64,000 bases of DNA from Malacoraja senta. Lineage: Eukaryota. A program made the position numbers and the translations under genes. The stretch lies in contig JAXLNO010000252.1 in assembly GCA_038087875.1 (NCBI GenBank), positions 248,001 through 312,000 of the forward strand. Direction: 5' to 3'. The notes under the pieces are model-generated. The model was not told the DNA's origin and made no database searches. It worked only from the letters and a program-made list of their open reading frames with translations. Of this stretch, positions 15,001-24,599 are shown piece by piece. Positions within the stretch are counted from its first letter, which is position 1; the number at the start of each line of letters is the position of its first letter.

Positions 15001-15720
15001 AATCAACTTTTCAATTAGGCAAAGCATTCTCAAGCCACCTTTTCAATTAGGCAAGGCAACTTTTGCATTATCAAACTAACTTTTCAAATAGACAAGGCAA
15101 TGTTTGTATTCTCAAACCAACTTTTCAATTAGGCAAGGCAACTTTAGCATTCTCAAACCAAGTTTTCAATTAGGAAAGGCAACCTTAGCATTCTCAAACC
15201 AACTTTTCAATTTGGCAAGGCATTCTCAAATCAACTTTTCAATTAGGCAAAGCATTCTCAAACCAACTTATCAATTAGGCAAGGCAACTTTAGCATTCTC
15301 AAACCAACTTTTCAATCAGGCAAGGCATTCTCAAATTAACCTTTCAATTAGTCAAAGCATTCTCATACAAACTTTTCAATCAGGCAAGGCAACTTTTGCA
15401 TTCTCAAACCAACTTTTCAAATAGGCAAGGCAACTTTTGAATACTCAAACCAACTTTTCAATTAGGCAAGTCAACTTTAGCATTCTCAAACCAACTTTTC
15501 AATTAGGCAAGGCAACTTTAGCATTCTCAAACCAACTTTTCAATTTGGCAAGGCATCTTTGGCATTCTGAAATCAACATTTCAATTAGGCAAGGCAACTT
15601 TAGCATTCTCAAACCAACTTTTCAATTAGGCAAGGCAAGGCAACTAGCATTCTCAAACAAACTTTTCAATAAGGCAAGGCAACTTTAGCATTCTCAAACC
15701 AACCTTTCAATCAGGCAAGG
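1..15720 (+). repeat. Satellite DNA array; 41-bp monomer GCATTCTCAAACCAACTTTTCAATTAGGCAAGGCAACTTTA with a 32-bp deletion variant; kb-scale higher-order repeats
   Basis: Continuous tandem monomers read directly. Near-identical spurious ORFs recur at 865-, 1615- and 5679-bp spacings (5565/6430, 13489/15104, 7810/13489). Confidence 0.98.
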
Positions 15721-16300
15721 GAGCGGATGGGCCGAAGGGCAGACTATAATACAAGGGGCGTTGGATATAATTCGCGGGGCAGGGCTAGCAGGGAGCAGAG
15801 GGGCCGAAGGGCAGGGTGTAATTCAATGGGGGTGTGCTATAATTCGCGGGGCAGGGCTGGACTAGCGGGGAGTAGAGGGGCTGAAGGGCAGGGTGTAATT
15901 CAAGGGGCGTGGGCTATATTTCGCAGGGCTGGGCTAGCAGGGAGCAGATGGGCAGAAGGGCAGATTATAATACAAAGGGTGTGGGCTATAATTCGCAGGG
16001 TGGGGCTGGGCTAGCAGGTAGTAGATGGACCGAAGTGCAGGGTATAATACAATAGGAGTGGGTAAAATTTGTGGGGCTGGGTTGGGCTAGCAGGGAGTAG
16101 TTGGGCCAAAGGGAAGGGTATAATACAAGGGAAGGGTATAATACAAGGGACAGGGTATAATACAAGGAGTGTGGGCTATAATTCGTGGGGCAGGGCTGGG
16201 TTAGCAGGGAGTAGACGGGCTGAAGGGCAGGGTGTAATACAAGGGGAGTAGGCTATAATTCGCGGGGCTGGGCTAGTAGGGAGCGGACGGGCCGAAGGGC
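15721..16300. repeat. Degenerate ~60-70-bp minisatellite in tapasin copy A intron 4
   Basis: Recurring GGGCTAGCAGGGAG..GGGCCGAAGGGCAGGGTATAATACAAGGGG..GGGCTATAATTCGC. Its reverse complement follows exon 4 of copy B (49745-50075). Confidence 0.85.
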
Positions 16301-16306
16301 GGTTAC

Positions 16307-16648
16307 CTGCGAACTCCAGGGTGACGGGTATCTGAGCCTACAGGCCGGGGAGGTAGACGGCACAGATGTAGGTCCCCTCATGCGGCAGCTGCACGTTCTG
16401 CAGCAGCAGCGACGCATTATTGTGGCTGTGCAGCAGTTCCAGCTGCATGTGGGCGCCCTCCTGTGCCGCATGTACCCTGTCCTGCTCCGTGCTGTAGGCG
16501 TAAACCAGCCGCCCGCTGCCCTGGTGCTGGTAACGCCACTCTACCGCCATGGGCATCGCCCGCTCCAGTGTGAAGCCACAGTCCAGCCTCACGGTACTGC
16601 CCAGCCGGGCACGGACATAGCGTACACGGGTAAACACGTTCAATACCA
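16307..16648 (-). pseudogene. TAPBP: Tapasin copy A exon 4 (IgV domain), Gln->stop near its end
   Basis: gtgcag|TGGTATTG...GCAG|gtaacc, 342 nt. Encodes VVLNVFTRVRYVRARLGSTVRLDCGF...EWRYQHQGSGRLVYAY...NASLLLQNVQLPHEGTYICAVYLPGL*AQIPVTLEFA. Copy B has CAG at the stop position. Confidence 0.92.
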
Positions 16649-17219
16649 CTGCACACGGGGGAGAGGGGGGAGAGAGAGGGAGAGGGGGAGAGAGAGGGGG
16701 GAGAGAGAGGGGTGAGAGAAGGGGAGAGAGAAGGGGGAGAGAGAGAGAGGGGGGAGAGAGAGGGTACAGAGAGGGGGGAATGAGGGGAGGGGAGAGATAG
16801 GGAGAGGGGGGAGAGAGAAGGGGAGAGAGGGGGGGAGAAGAGGGGAGAGAGAGGGGAGAGAGAAGGGGGGGAGAGAAGGGGGGAAAGAGAGATGGAGAGA
16901 AAAGGGGGAGAGAGAAGGGGGAGACAGGGGGAAAGAAAGAGGGGGAAAGAAAGAGGGGGAGAGAGAGGGGGGGAGGGAGAGAAGGGGGGGGAGAGAAGGG
17001 GGGGAGAGAATGGGGGGGAGAGAAGGGGGGGAGAGTCACCTATCACCCAAAGAATATTCAACCCCCACACCGAACCCCACTTCCTCAGTGTGGCCATCCC
17101 TCACCGTCCCCTCCCTCAACCCCGCCTCCCTCAACCCCCCCTCTCCCTCACTACCAACCCCCCCCCCTCATCCCCCACCCTCCCTCAACTTCCCCCTTTA
17201 CCCCTCTCCCATGGTGACG

Positions 17220-17440
17220 TCAGGGGAGGGGGTAAGGGGTGGTCAGGGGACGGGGGTGGTCAGGGAGTGGGGTGAGGGGTGGTCAGGGGAGGTGAGGGAT
17301 GGTCAGGGGAGGGGGTAAGGGGTGGTCAGGGAGGGGGGTAAGGGGTGGTCAGGGAGGGGGGTGAGGGGTGGTCAGGGGAGGGGGGTGAGGGGTGGTCAGG
17401 GAGGGGGGTGAAAGGTGGTCAGGGGAGGGGGGTGAGGGGT
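17220..17440. repeat. G-rich ~23-bp minisatellite (GGGGTGGTCAGGGGAGGGGGTRA)n in tapasin intron 3
   Basis: Direct reading. Also present at ~18500-18730 and, reverse-complemented, at ~48545-48880. Confidence 0.85.
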
Positions 17441-17468
17441 GAGCGACCACCATCCTTGGCGCCTGTAC

Positions 17469-17801
17469 CTGAGGTTCGGTGGTGGGTGGGCCGCTCCTCC
17501 TGGTCCGCCCCGTTGTCCCCCCCTTCGTTGCCCCCCTCTCCGCATGTCCCCCCCACCTCCCCTGGGGGCGCGGAGACCACCCGGTGCAGGCTGGCCACGC
17601 TGAGCGACCCGTCGGAAGCCTCGACGTGGGAGCTGAGCCAGTGGTGGGCACGGTAGGCTGGGGTCCGGTGGTCCGGTGCCAGCTCCGATGCCCACCTCAC
17701 CCCCCCCTACTGGGGCAGGTAACGGTTGAGCTCACACACCAGCTTCTCCCTCGACCCCGGGGGACGAACAAAGCCCTCGTACGCCAGAACTCCAGAGGCA
17801 T
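17469..17801 (-). pseudogene. TAPBP: Tapasin exon 3, copy left of the gap, with in-frame TAG
   Basis: gaacag|ATGCC...CTCAG|gtacag, 333 nt. Encodes DASGVLAYEGFVRPPGSREKLVCELNRYLPQ*GGVRWASELAPDHRTPAYRAHHWLSS... Confidence 0.88.
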
Positions 17802-17893
17802 CTGTTCAGCAGCAGCAGAGGAACAAACAAGTTTAGTCAAGTCTACATTAGTAGTCACATATATATACAAGATGTACAGTGAAATGTAAGGGG

Positions 17894-18093
17894 NNNNNNN
17901 NNNNNNNNNNNNNNNNNNNNNNNNNNNNNNNNNNNNNNNNNNNNNNNNNNNNNNNNNNNNNNNNNNNNNNNNNNNNNNNNNNNNNNNNNNNNNNNNNNNN
18001 NNNNNNNNNNNNNNNNNNNNNNNNNNNNNNNNNNNNNNNNNNNNNNNNNNNNNNNNNNNNNNNNNNNNNNNNNNNNNNNNNNNNNNNNNNNNN
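17894..18093. other. Assembly gap (200 N)
   Basis: Run of N; flanked by overlapping sequence. Confidence 1.
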
Positions 18094-18760
18094 AATACCA
18101 CTGCACACGGGGGAGAGAGGGGGGAGAGGGGAGAGAGGGGGGAGAGAGAAGGGAGGAGAGAGAAGGGGGGAGAGAGAAGGGGGGAAGAAAGAGGGGGAGA
18201 GAAAGAGGGGGAGAGAAGGGGGGAGGGAGAGAAGTGGGGAGGGAGAGAAGGGGGGAGAGAATGGGGGGGGGAGAGAAGGGGGGGGGGAGAGAAGGGGGGG
18301 GAGAGAGAGAGAGAAGGGAGAGAGTCACCTATCACCCAAAGAATATTCAACCCCCACACCGAACCCCACTTCCTCAGTGTAGCAGTCCCTCACCGTCCCC
18401 TCCCTCAACCCCGCCTCCCTCAACCCCCCCTCTCCCTCACTACCAACCCCCCCTCATCCCCCATCCTCCCTCAACTTCCCCCTTGACCCCTCTCCCATGG
18501 TGACGTCAGGGGAGGGGGTGAGGGGTGGTCAGGGGAGAGGGGTGAGGGGTGGTCAGGGGAGGGGCTAAGGGGTGGTCAGGGGAGGGGGTGAGGGGTGGTC
18601 AGGGAGGGGAGTGAGGGGTGGTCAGGGGAGGTGAGGGGTGGTCAGGGGAGAGGGGTGTGAGGTGGTCAGGGGAGGGGGGGAGGGATGGTCAGGGAGGGGG
18701 GTAAGGGGTGGTCAGGGGAGGGGGTAAGGGGTGAGCGACCACCATCCTTGGCGCCTGTAC

Positions 18761-19093
18761 CTGAGGTTCGGTGGGGGGTGGGCCGCTCCTCCTGGTCCGC
18801 CCCGTTGTCCCCCCCTTCATTGCCCCCCTCTCCGCGTGTCCCCCCCACCTCCACTGGGGGCGCGGAGACCACCCGGTGCAGGCTGGCCACGCTGAGCGAC
18901 CCGTCGGAAACCTCGACGTGGGAGCTGAGCCAGTGGTGGGCACGGTAGGCGGGGGTCCGGTGGTCCGGTGCCAGCTCCGATGCCCACCTCACCCCCCCCT
19001 ACTGGGGCAGGTAACGGTTGAGCTCACACACCAGCTTCTCCCTCGACCCCGGGGTACGAACAAAGCCCTCGTACGCCAGAACTCCAGAGGCAT
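18761..19093 (-). pseudogene. TAPBP: Tapasin exon 3, copy right of the gap, with the same in-frame TAG
   Basis: 333 nt with the same splice sites. TAG at 18999-19001. A few substitutions relative to 17469-17801. Confidence 0.88.
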
Positions 19094-19364
19094 CTGTTCA
19101 GCAGCAGCAGAGGAACAAACAAGTTTAGTCAAGTCTACATTAGTAGTCACATATATATACAAGATGTACAGTGAAATGTAAGGGGCAATGCCTCATTGAC
19201 ACATATAAGATTGTTAAGGGCTTGGACACAATATATAAACACACACATCCCTGCCCTGCTGAGTTACACAGCTTATTCTGATCAAAACTGGAGTTCGTAA
19301 GTTAATGTTCTAGGAGCAGAATTAGGCCATTCGGCCCATCATGTCAAGTTGGGAAAACAGATTA

Positions 19365-20360
19365 CTATCTAAATGGCATCAAGTTGGGAAAAGGGGAAGT
19401 ATAATGGGATCTGGGGGTCCTTGTACATCAGTCTATGAAAGTAAGCATGCAGGTACAGATGCAGTGAAGAAAGCCAATTGGCCTTTATAACAAGAGGAAT
19501 CGAATATAGGAGCAAAGAGGTCCTTCTGCATTTGTACAGAGCCCTAGTGAGACCACACCTGGAGTATTGTGTGCAGTTTTGATCCCCTAATTTGAGGAAG
19601 GGGACATTCTTGCTATTGAGGGAGTGCAACGTAGGTTTACAAGGTTAATACCTGGGATGGCAGAGAGTGGTGAATCTCTGGAACTCTCTGCCACAGAAGG
19701 CAGTTGAGGCCAGTTCATTGGCTATATTTAAGAGGGAGTTAGATGTGGCCCTTGTGGCTAAAGGGATCAGGGGGTATGGAGAGAAGGCAGGTACAGGATA
19801 CTGAGTTGGATGATCAGCCATGATCATATTGAATGGCGGTGCAGGCTCGAAGGGCCGAATGGCCTATTCCTGCACCTATTTTCTATGTTTCTATGGCGTT
19901 ATGGGTTAATTCCCGGAATGGCGGGACTGTCATATGCTGAGAGAATGGAGCAGCTGGGCTTGTATACTCTGGAGTTTAGAAGGATGAGAGGGCATCTCAT
20001 TGAAACATATAAGATTGTTAAGGGTTTGGAAACGCTAGAGGCAGGAAACATGTTCCCGATGTTGGGGGAGTCCAGAACCAGGGGCCACACAGTTTAAGAA
20101 TAAGGGGTTGGCCATTTAGAACGGAGACGAGGAAACACTTTTTCTCACAGAGTGATGAGTCTGTGGAATTCTCTGCCTCAGAGGCCGGTTCTCTGGATAC
20201 TTTCAAGAGAGAGAGAGATAGGGCTCTTAAAGATAATGGAGTCAGGGGATATGGGGAGAAGGCAGGAACGGGGTACTGATTGGGGATGATCAGCCATGAT
20301 CACATTGAATGGCTCAAAGGGCCGAATGGCCTACTGCTGCACCGATTGTCTATTGTCTGT
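19365..20360 (+). mobile_element. Nested 3' fragments of CR1-type LINEs in copy A intron 2
   Basis: RPHLEYCVQF / GLYTLEFRRMRG C-terminal ORF2 motifs; 3' UTR ending GGCCGAATGGCCTA..CTATTG/CTATG tails. Confidence 0.9.
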
Positions 20361-20568
20361 GGATTGTGCAAAACTATAGAACAGACTCAATATTTACATG
20401 TTAGAAAATATTTTTTTACAAAAGACACAACGTAACATTAAATTAGACAATAGGTGCAGTAGTAGGCCATTCGGCCCTTCGTGCCAGCACCGCCATTCAA
20501 TGAGATCATGGCTGATCATGTAGTGTCTATAACACTGACAAACAATAATAGATGGATAACAAACTGAC

Positions 20569-20781
20569 CAATGACATCGAGGACCATGCCAGGGTTGAGG
20601 TGGGTGGGCAGGGTGAGGTCAGAAGTCGCTGCCCCTTCCTCAGGGGAGTTGAGAGTCCGGATCACCAGGACGGCCTCCGTCTGGTCCACCGAGCCTGGGG
20701 ATTTGCCCTTGCCCCTGGACTCCTCCACGAAGGTACAGTCCAGCAGTACCCCCGACCCTGGCACTGAGAGCCCACACTGTG
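20569..20781 (-). CDS. TAPBP: Tapasin copy A exon 2 (end of leader and start of N-domain with editing loop); open frame
   Basis: ctctctacag|CACAGTGT...CATTG|gtcagt, 213 nt. Encodes AQCGLSVPGSGVLLDCTFVEESRGKGKSPGSVDQTEAVLVIRTLNSPEEGAATSDLTLPTHLNPGMVLDVI, resembling the tapasin ECWFVED..GKG..LLLR..PDLDP segment. Confidence 0.88.
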
Positions 20782-21335
20782 CTGTAGAGAGACAGAGCTC
20801 TGATCACAACACTGTTACACGCAGGGGGGGAGGGGGAGAGGGGAGGGGGATAGAGAGGGGGGAGAGACTGGGACCCCACACTGTGCTGTAGAGAGACAGA
20901 GCTCTGATCACAACACTGTTACACGCAGGGGGGGAGGGGGAGAGGGGAGGGGGATAGAGAGGGGGGAGAGACTGGGACCCCACACTGCTGTAGAGAGACA
21001 GAGCTCTGATCACAACACTGTTACACACAGGGGGGGAGGGGGAGAGGGGAGGGGGATAGAGAGGGGGGAGAGACTGGGACCCCACACTGTGCTGTAGAGA
21101 GACAGAGCTCTGATCACAACACTGTTACACACAGGGGGGGGAGGGGGGAGAGGGGAGGGGAGAGAGAGGGGAGAGACTGGGACCCCACACTGTGCTGTAG
21201 AGTGACAGAGCTCTGATCACAACACTGTTACACACAGAGGGGGTTGGGGGAGAGGGGAGGGGAGAGAGACTGGGACCCCACACTGTGCTGTAGAGAGACA
21301 GAGCTCTGATCACAACACTGTTACACGCAGAGAGG
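20771..21335 (-). repeat. Six-copy ~103-bp tandem repeat containing the exon 2 splice acceptor
   Basis: CCCACAC(TG)TGCTGTAGAG..ACAGAGCTCTGATCACAACACTGTTACAC begins at 20771, 20875, 20978, 21081, 21184 and 21277. Confidence 0.93.
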
Positions 21336-22043
21336 GGGGGGAGGAGGCTAGAGAGAGAGGGGGATAGAGGGAGGGGGAGAGGGGGTGGGAGAGGGGGAGG
21401 GAGTGGGAGAGAGAGGGTGGGAGAGAGAGAGGGAGGGGAGGATGGGGGAGAGAGAGGATGGGAGAGAGAGAGGGAGGGGAGAGGGGAGGATGGGGGAGAG
21501 AGAGGGTGGGAGAGAGAGGGAGGGGGAGGGGAGGAGAGAGGGGGGAGAGAGAGAGGGGTGAGAGTGGGAGGGAGAGAGTGGGAAAAGAGAGGGGGAGGGA
21601 GAGAGAGACGGAGGGGGTGGGGAGAGGGAGGGAGAGGGAGGGAGGGGAGAGGGAGGAAGGAGGGAGAGGGTTGAGAGTGAGGGAGAGGAGGGGGAAGAGT
21701 TGAGGGGGGGTTGTGTGGAGGGAGGGGGGACAAAGAGGGAGGGGAAGCGAGAGAGAGAGAGGGAGGGGGAGAGGTGGGTAGAGGGGAGGGAGGGGAGGAA
21801 GAGGGGAGGGTGGGAAGAGGGGAGAGGGAGAGGGCGAGGGGGAGAGAGAGAGGAGTGAGGGGGAGGGGTGAGAGAGAGAGAGAGGGGAAGGAGTGACAGG
21901 GAGTGGCGGGAGAGGGAGGGGGAGAAAGAGGGAAGGGAGAGTGGAGGAGAGAGGGAGAGAGGCGGGCCGGGCCCTGTAAACAGCAGCAGACCGATGTGCA
22001 GCAGCGGCGGGCCGGGCCGAAGGGCCTGTATCCTGCCCCTTAC

Positions 22044-22104
22044 CTGGCGGGCAGCCGATGGCGATGATGAATGCGAGGCGGATCAGGGCACCGGGGGCGT
22101 CCAT
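22044..22104 (-). CDS. TAPBP: Tapasin copy A exon 1 coding part (signal peptide MDAPGALIRLAFIIAIGCPP)
   Basis: Good Kozak context aggATGG; hydrophobic core; donor CCAG|gtaagg; 61 nt, phase 1, in frame with exon 2. Confidence 0.85.
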
Positions 22105-22105
22105 C

Positions 22106-22175
22106 CTGTCTCTGTCCCTGTCCCTCTCTCTGTCTCTGTCTCTGTCTCTGTCTCTGTCTCTGTCTCTGTCTCTGC
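22106..22175 (-). repeat. (CAGAGA)n hexamer microsatellite immediately 5' of the ATG
   Basis: (TCTCTG)n on the + strand. Confidence 0.9.
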
Positions 22176-22249
22176 CCGGGGCCGCCGGAGGGGTGGGTAG
22201 GAGCGGGGTTCGGCTGGGTTGTGGGCCCGGGGACAATGTGAGCATCGCG

Positions 22250-22297
22250 TTCACTTTCACTTTCATGTTCCGGGAACGGCGATGGAAATCCCCGCCC
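22250..22297 (-). promoter_or_regulatory. Interferon/NF-kB-type promoter module: ISRE/IRF-E (22250-22265), GAS (22268-22276), kB site (22284-22293), GC box (22291-22297)
   Basis: TGAAAGTGAAAGTGAA, TTCCGGGAA, GGGGATTTCC and GGGCGGG clustered in 48 bp, 150-190 bp upstream of the tapasin ATG, in a CpG-rich patch. Confidence 0.8.
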
Positions 22298-22499
22298 AGT
22301 CGCGGCCCCGGCTCTCAACTCAATATAGATGCAGGGGGCTCGTTCCCCTAACCTAACCTCCCCTCCCCTCCTCCCCCCAACCCCCCTCCTCCCTCCCCTC
22401 CTCCCCTAAACCCCCCTCCTCCCCTAAACCCCCCCCTCCTCTCCCCCAACTCCCCCCCCTCCTTCCCCCAAGTCTCTGTAAACCCTCCCCTCCTATAAA

Positions 22500-23120
22500 A
22501 TGAGGAGTTGAGTATAGGAGCAAAGATGTCCTTCTGCAGTTGTACAGAACCCTAGTGAGACCACACCTGGAGTATTGTGTGCAGTTTTGGTCCCCTAATT
22601 TGAGGAAGGACATTCTTGCTATTGAGGGAGTGCAGCGTAGGTTTACAAGGTTAATTCCCGGGATGGCGGGACTGTCATATGCTGAGAGAATGGAGCGGCT
22701 GGGCTTGTACACTCTGGAGTTTAGAAAGATGAGAGGGGATCTTATTGAAACGTATAAGATTATTAAGGGTTTGGACACACTAGAGGCAGGAAACATGTTC
22801 CCGATGTTGGGGGAGTCCAGAACCAAGGGCCACAGTTTAAGAATAAGGAGTAAGCCATTTAGAACGGAGACGAGGAAACACTTTTTCACCCAGAGAGTGG
22901 TGAGTCTGTGGAATTCTCTGCCTCAGAGGGCGGTGGAGGTCAGATCTCTGGATACTTTCAAGAGAGAGCTAGATAGGGCTCTTAAAGATAGTGGTCAGGG
23001 GATATGGGGAGAAGGCAGGAACGGGGTACTGATTGTGGATGATCAGCCATGATCACAGTGAATGGCAGTGCTGGCTCGAAGGGCCGAATGGCCTACTCCT
23101 GCACCTGTTGTCTATTGTCT
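22500..23120 (+). mobile_element. 5'-truncated CR1 LINE (ORF2 C-terminus + 3' UTR)
   Basis: ORF 22540-23052 YRTLVRPHLEYCVQFWSP...FFTQRVVSLWNSLP; tail ..CTATTGTC. Confidence 0.93.
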
Positions 23121-23189
23121 CCTCTAGGGCCCCGGCAACCCAAAGACACGGTCCAGGGAAGACCACAGTTGCTGGGGTCAGCGTCGTGC

Positions 23190-24580
23190 AGGGAAGGGGG
23201 GAAGGGGGTGGAGGAGAGGGAGAGGGTATTAGAGGGGTAGAGGGGAGAGAGGGAGGAGGGGGGGGGAGAAAGGAGAGAGGGGGAGGAGGGGAGAGAGACA
23301 GCGGGGGAGGGGTTTAGGGAGGGGAAGCGGGGAGAGTGGGAGGAGGGGGGGGGGAGAGTGGGAGGAGGGGGGGGAGAGTGGGAGGAGGGGGGGGAGAGAG
23401 AGGGAGGGGTGGGGAGAGAGAGGGTGGGGGGGGAGAGAGAGGGTGGGGGGGGAGAGAGAGGGTGGGGGGGGGAGAGAGAGGGTGGGGGGGGGGAGAGAGA
23501 GGGTGGGGGGGGGAGAGAGAGGGTGGGGGGGGGGAGAGAGAGGGTGGGGGGGGGGAGAGAGAGGGTGGGGGGGGGAGAGAGAGGGTGGGGGGGGGGAGAG
23601 AGAGGGTGGGGGGGGGGAGAGAGAGGGTGGGGGGGGGGAGAGAGGGTGGGGGGGGGGAGAGAGAGGGTGGGGGGGGGAGAGAGAGGGTGGGGGGGGGAGA
23701 GAGAGGGTGGGGGGGGGAGAGAGAGGGTGGGGGGGGAGAGAGAGGGTGGGGGGGGAGAGAGAGGGTGGGGGGGAAGAGAGAGAGAGGGGATGTGGGAGGG
23801 GGAGAGAGAGGGAGGAGGAGGAGTGAGAGGGTGGGGGGAGAGTAAGAGAGAGGAGAGGGGTTCAGGGGGAGAGTGGAGGGAGGAGGGAGAGAGAGGGAGG
23901 AGGGGAGAGAGAGGGAGGAGAGAGAGGGAGGAGAGAGAGGGAGGAGAGAGAGGGAGGAGAGAGAGGGAGGAGAGAGAGGGAGGAGAGAGAGGGAGGAGAG
24001 AGAGGGAGGAGAGAGAGGGAGGAGAGAGAGGGAGGAGAGAGAGGGAGGAGAGAGAGGGAGGAGAGAGAGAGGGAAGGGGGAGAGAGAGGAAGGGGAGTGA
24101 GCGGTGGGGGAGTGAGAGGGTGGTGGAGGGAGTGAGTGAGGGTAGGGAGGGGGGAAGATGGGATTGAGGTTGGGAGAGAGAAGGGGAGAGGAGAGGGGGA
24201 GAGAGAGGGAGGGGGAAGTGGGCATTGAGGGGGAGAGAGGGAGAAGGGGTAGAGAGGGAGGGGAGAGAGAGGGAGGGGAGAGAGAGGGAGGGGAGAGAGA
24301 GGGAGGGGAGAGAGAGGGAGGGGAGAGAGAGGGGGAGAGTGAGAGGAGGTTTGAGGGGGAGAGTGAGAGAGGAGGGGAAGAGGGGTTGAGGGGGAGAGTG
24401 GAGGGAGGGGAGAGAGAGGGAGGAGGGGGAGAGGGGGAGCGAGAGAGGGAGGGGGGAGAGTGGATTGAGGGTTGCAGAGAGAAGGGGAGAGGGAGGGGGA
24501 ATTGGGCATTGAGGGTGGGAGAGAGAGAAGGGGGAGAGAGAGAGAGGAGGGGAGAGTGAGAGGGAGGGGGAGAGGTAGCG
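23190..24580 (+). repeat. Polypurine G/A tract with (GGGTG8-10AGAGAGA)n and (GGGAGGAGAGAGA)n subarrays
   Basis: Direct reading; almost no pyrimidines on the + strand. Confidence 0.95.
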
Positions 24581-24599
24581 ATGACGAGGGGAGACAGAA

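Larger units (their letters stand above)
16307..22104 (-). pseudogene. TAPBP: Tapasin (TAP-binding protein) copy A, exons 1-4, with two in-frame stops; no IgC1/TM exons in the window
   Basis: Four phase-1 GT-AG exons splice in frame to signal peptide + tapasin N-domain + IgV. Motifs: DCxFVEE, CELNRYLP, WASEL, LDCGF, EWRYQ, EGTYIC. TAG at 18999-19001 (also 17707-17709) and at 16338-16340. Confidence 0.85.

Noticed and set aside
1..15720. CRISPR-like regular repeats and recurring MHSQTNFSIRQ ORFs
   Set aside because: Monomers are contiguous with no unique spacers and no cas genes; the ORFs are translations of satellite DNA.
16307..16648. Antigen-receptor V gene segment (Ig, TCR or IgNAR)
   Set aside because: Ends in a splice donor with no RSS heptamer/nonamer, and the upstream exons are tapasin-specific.
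17697..17890. ORF reading QMPLEFWRTRALFVPRGRGRSW as coding
   Set aside because: Wrong frame; the phase-1 frame (DASGVL...CELNRY) is the one that matches tapasin.
16338..19001. Programmed stop-codon readthrough or recoding at the TAG sites
   Set aside because: Each is a single substitution from the sense codon in copy B (GAG, CAG); ordinary nonsense mutation is simpler.
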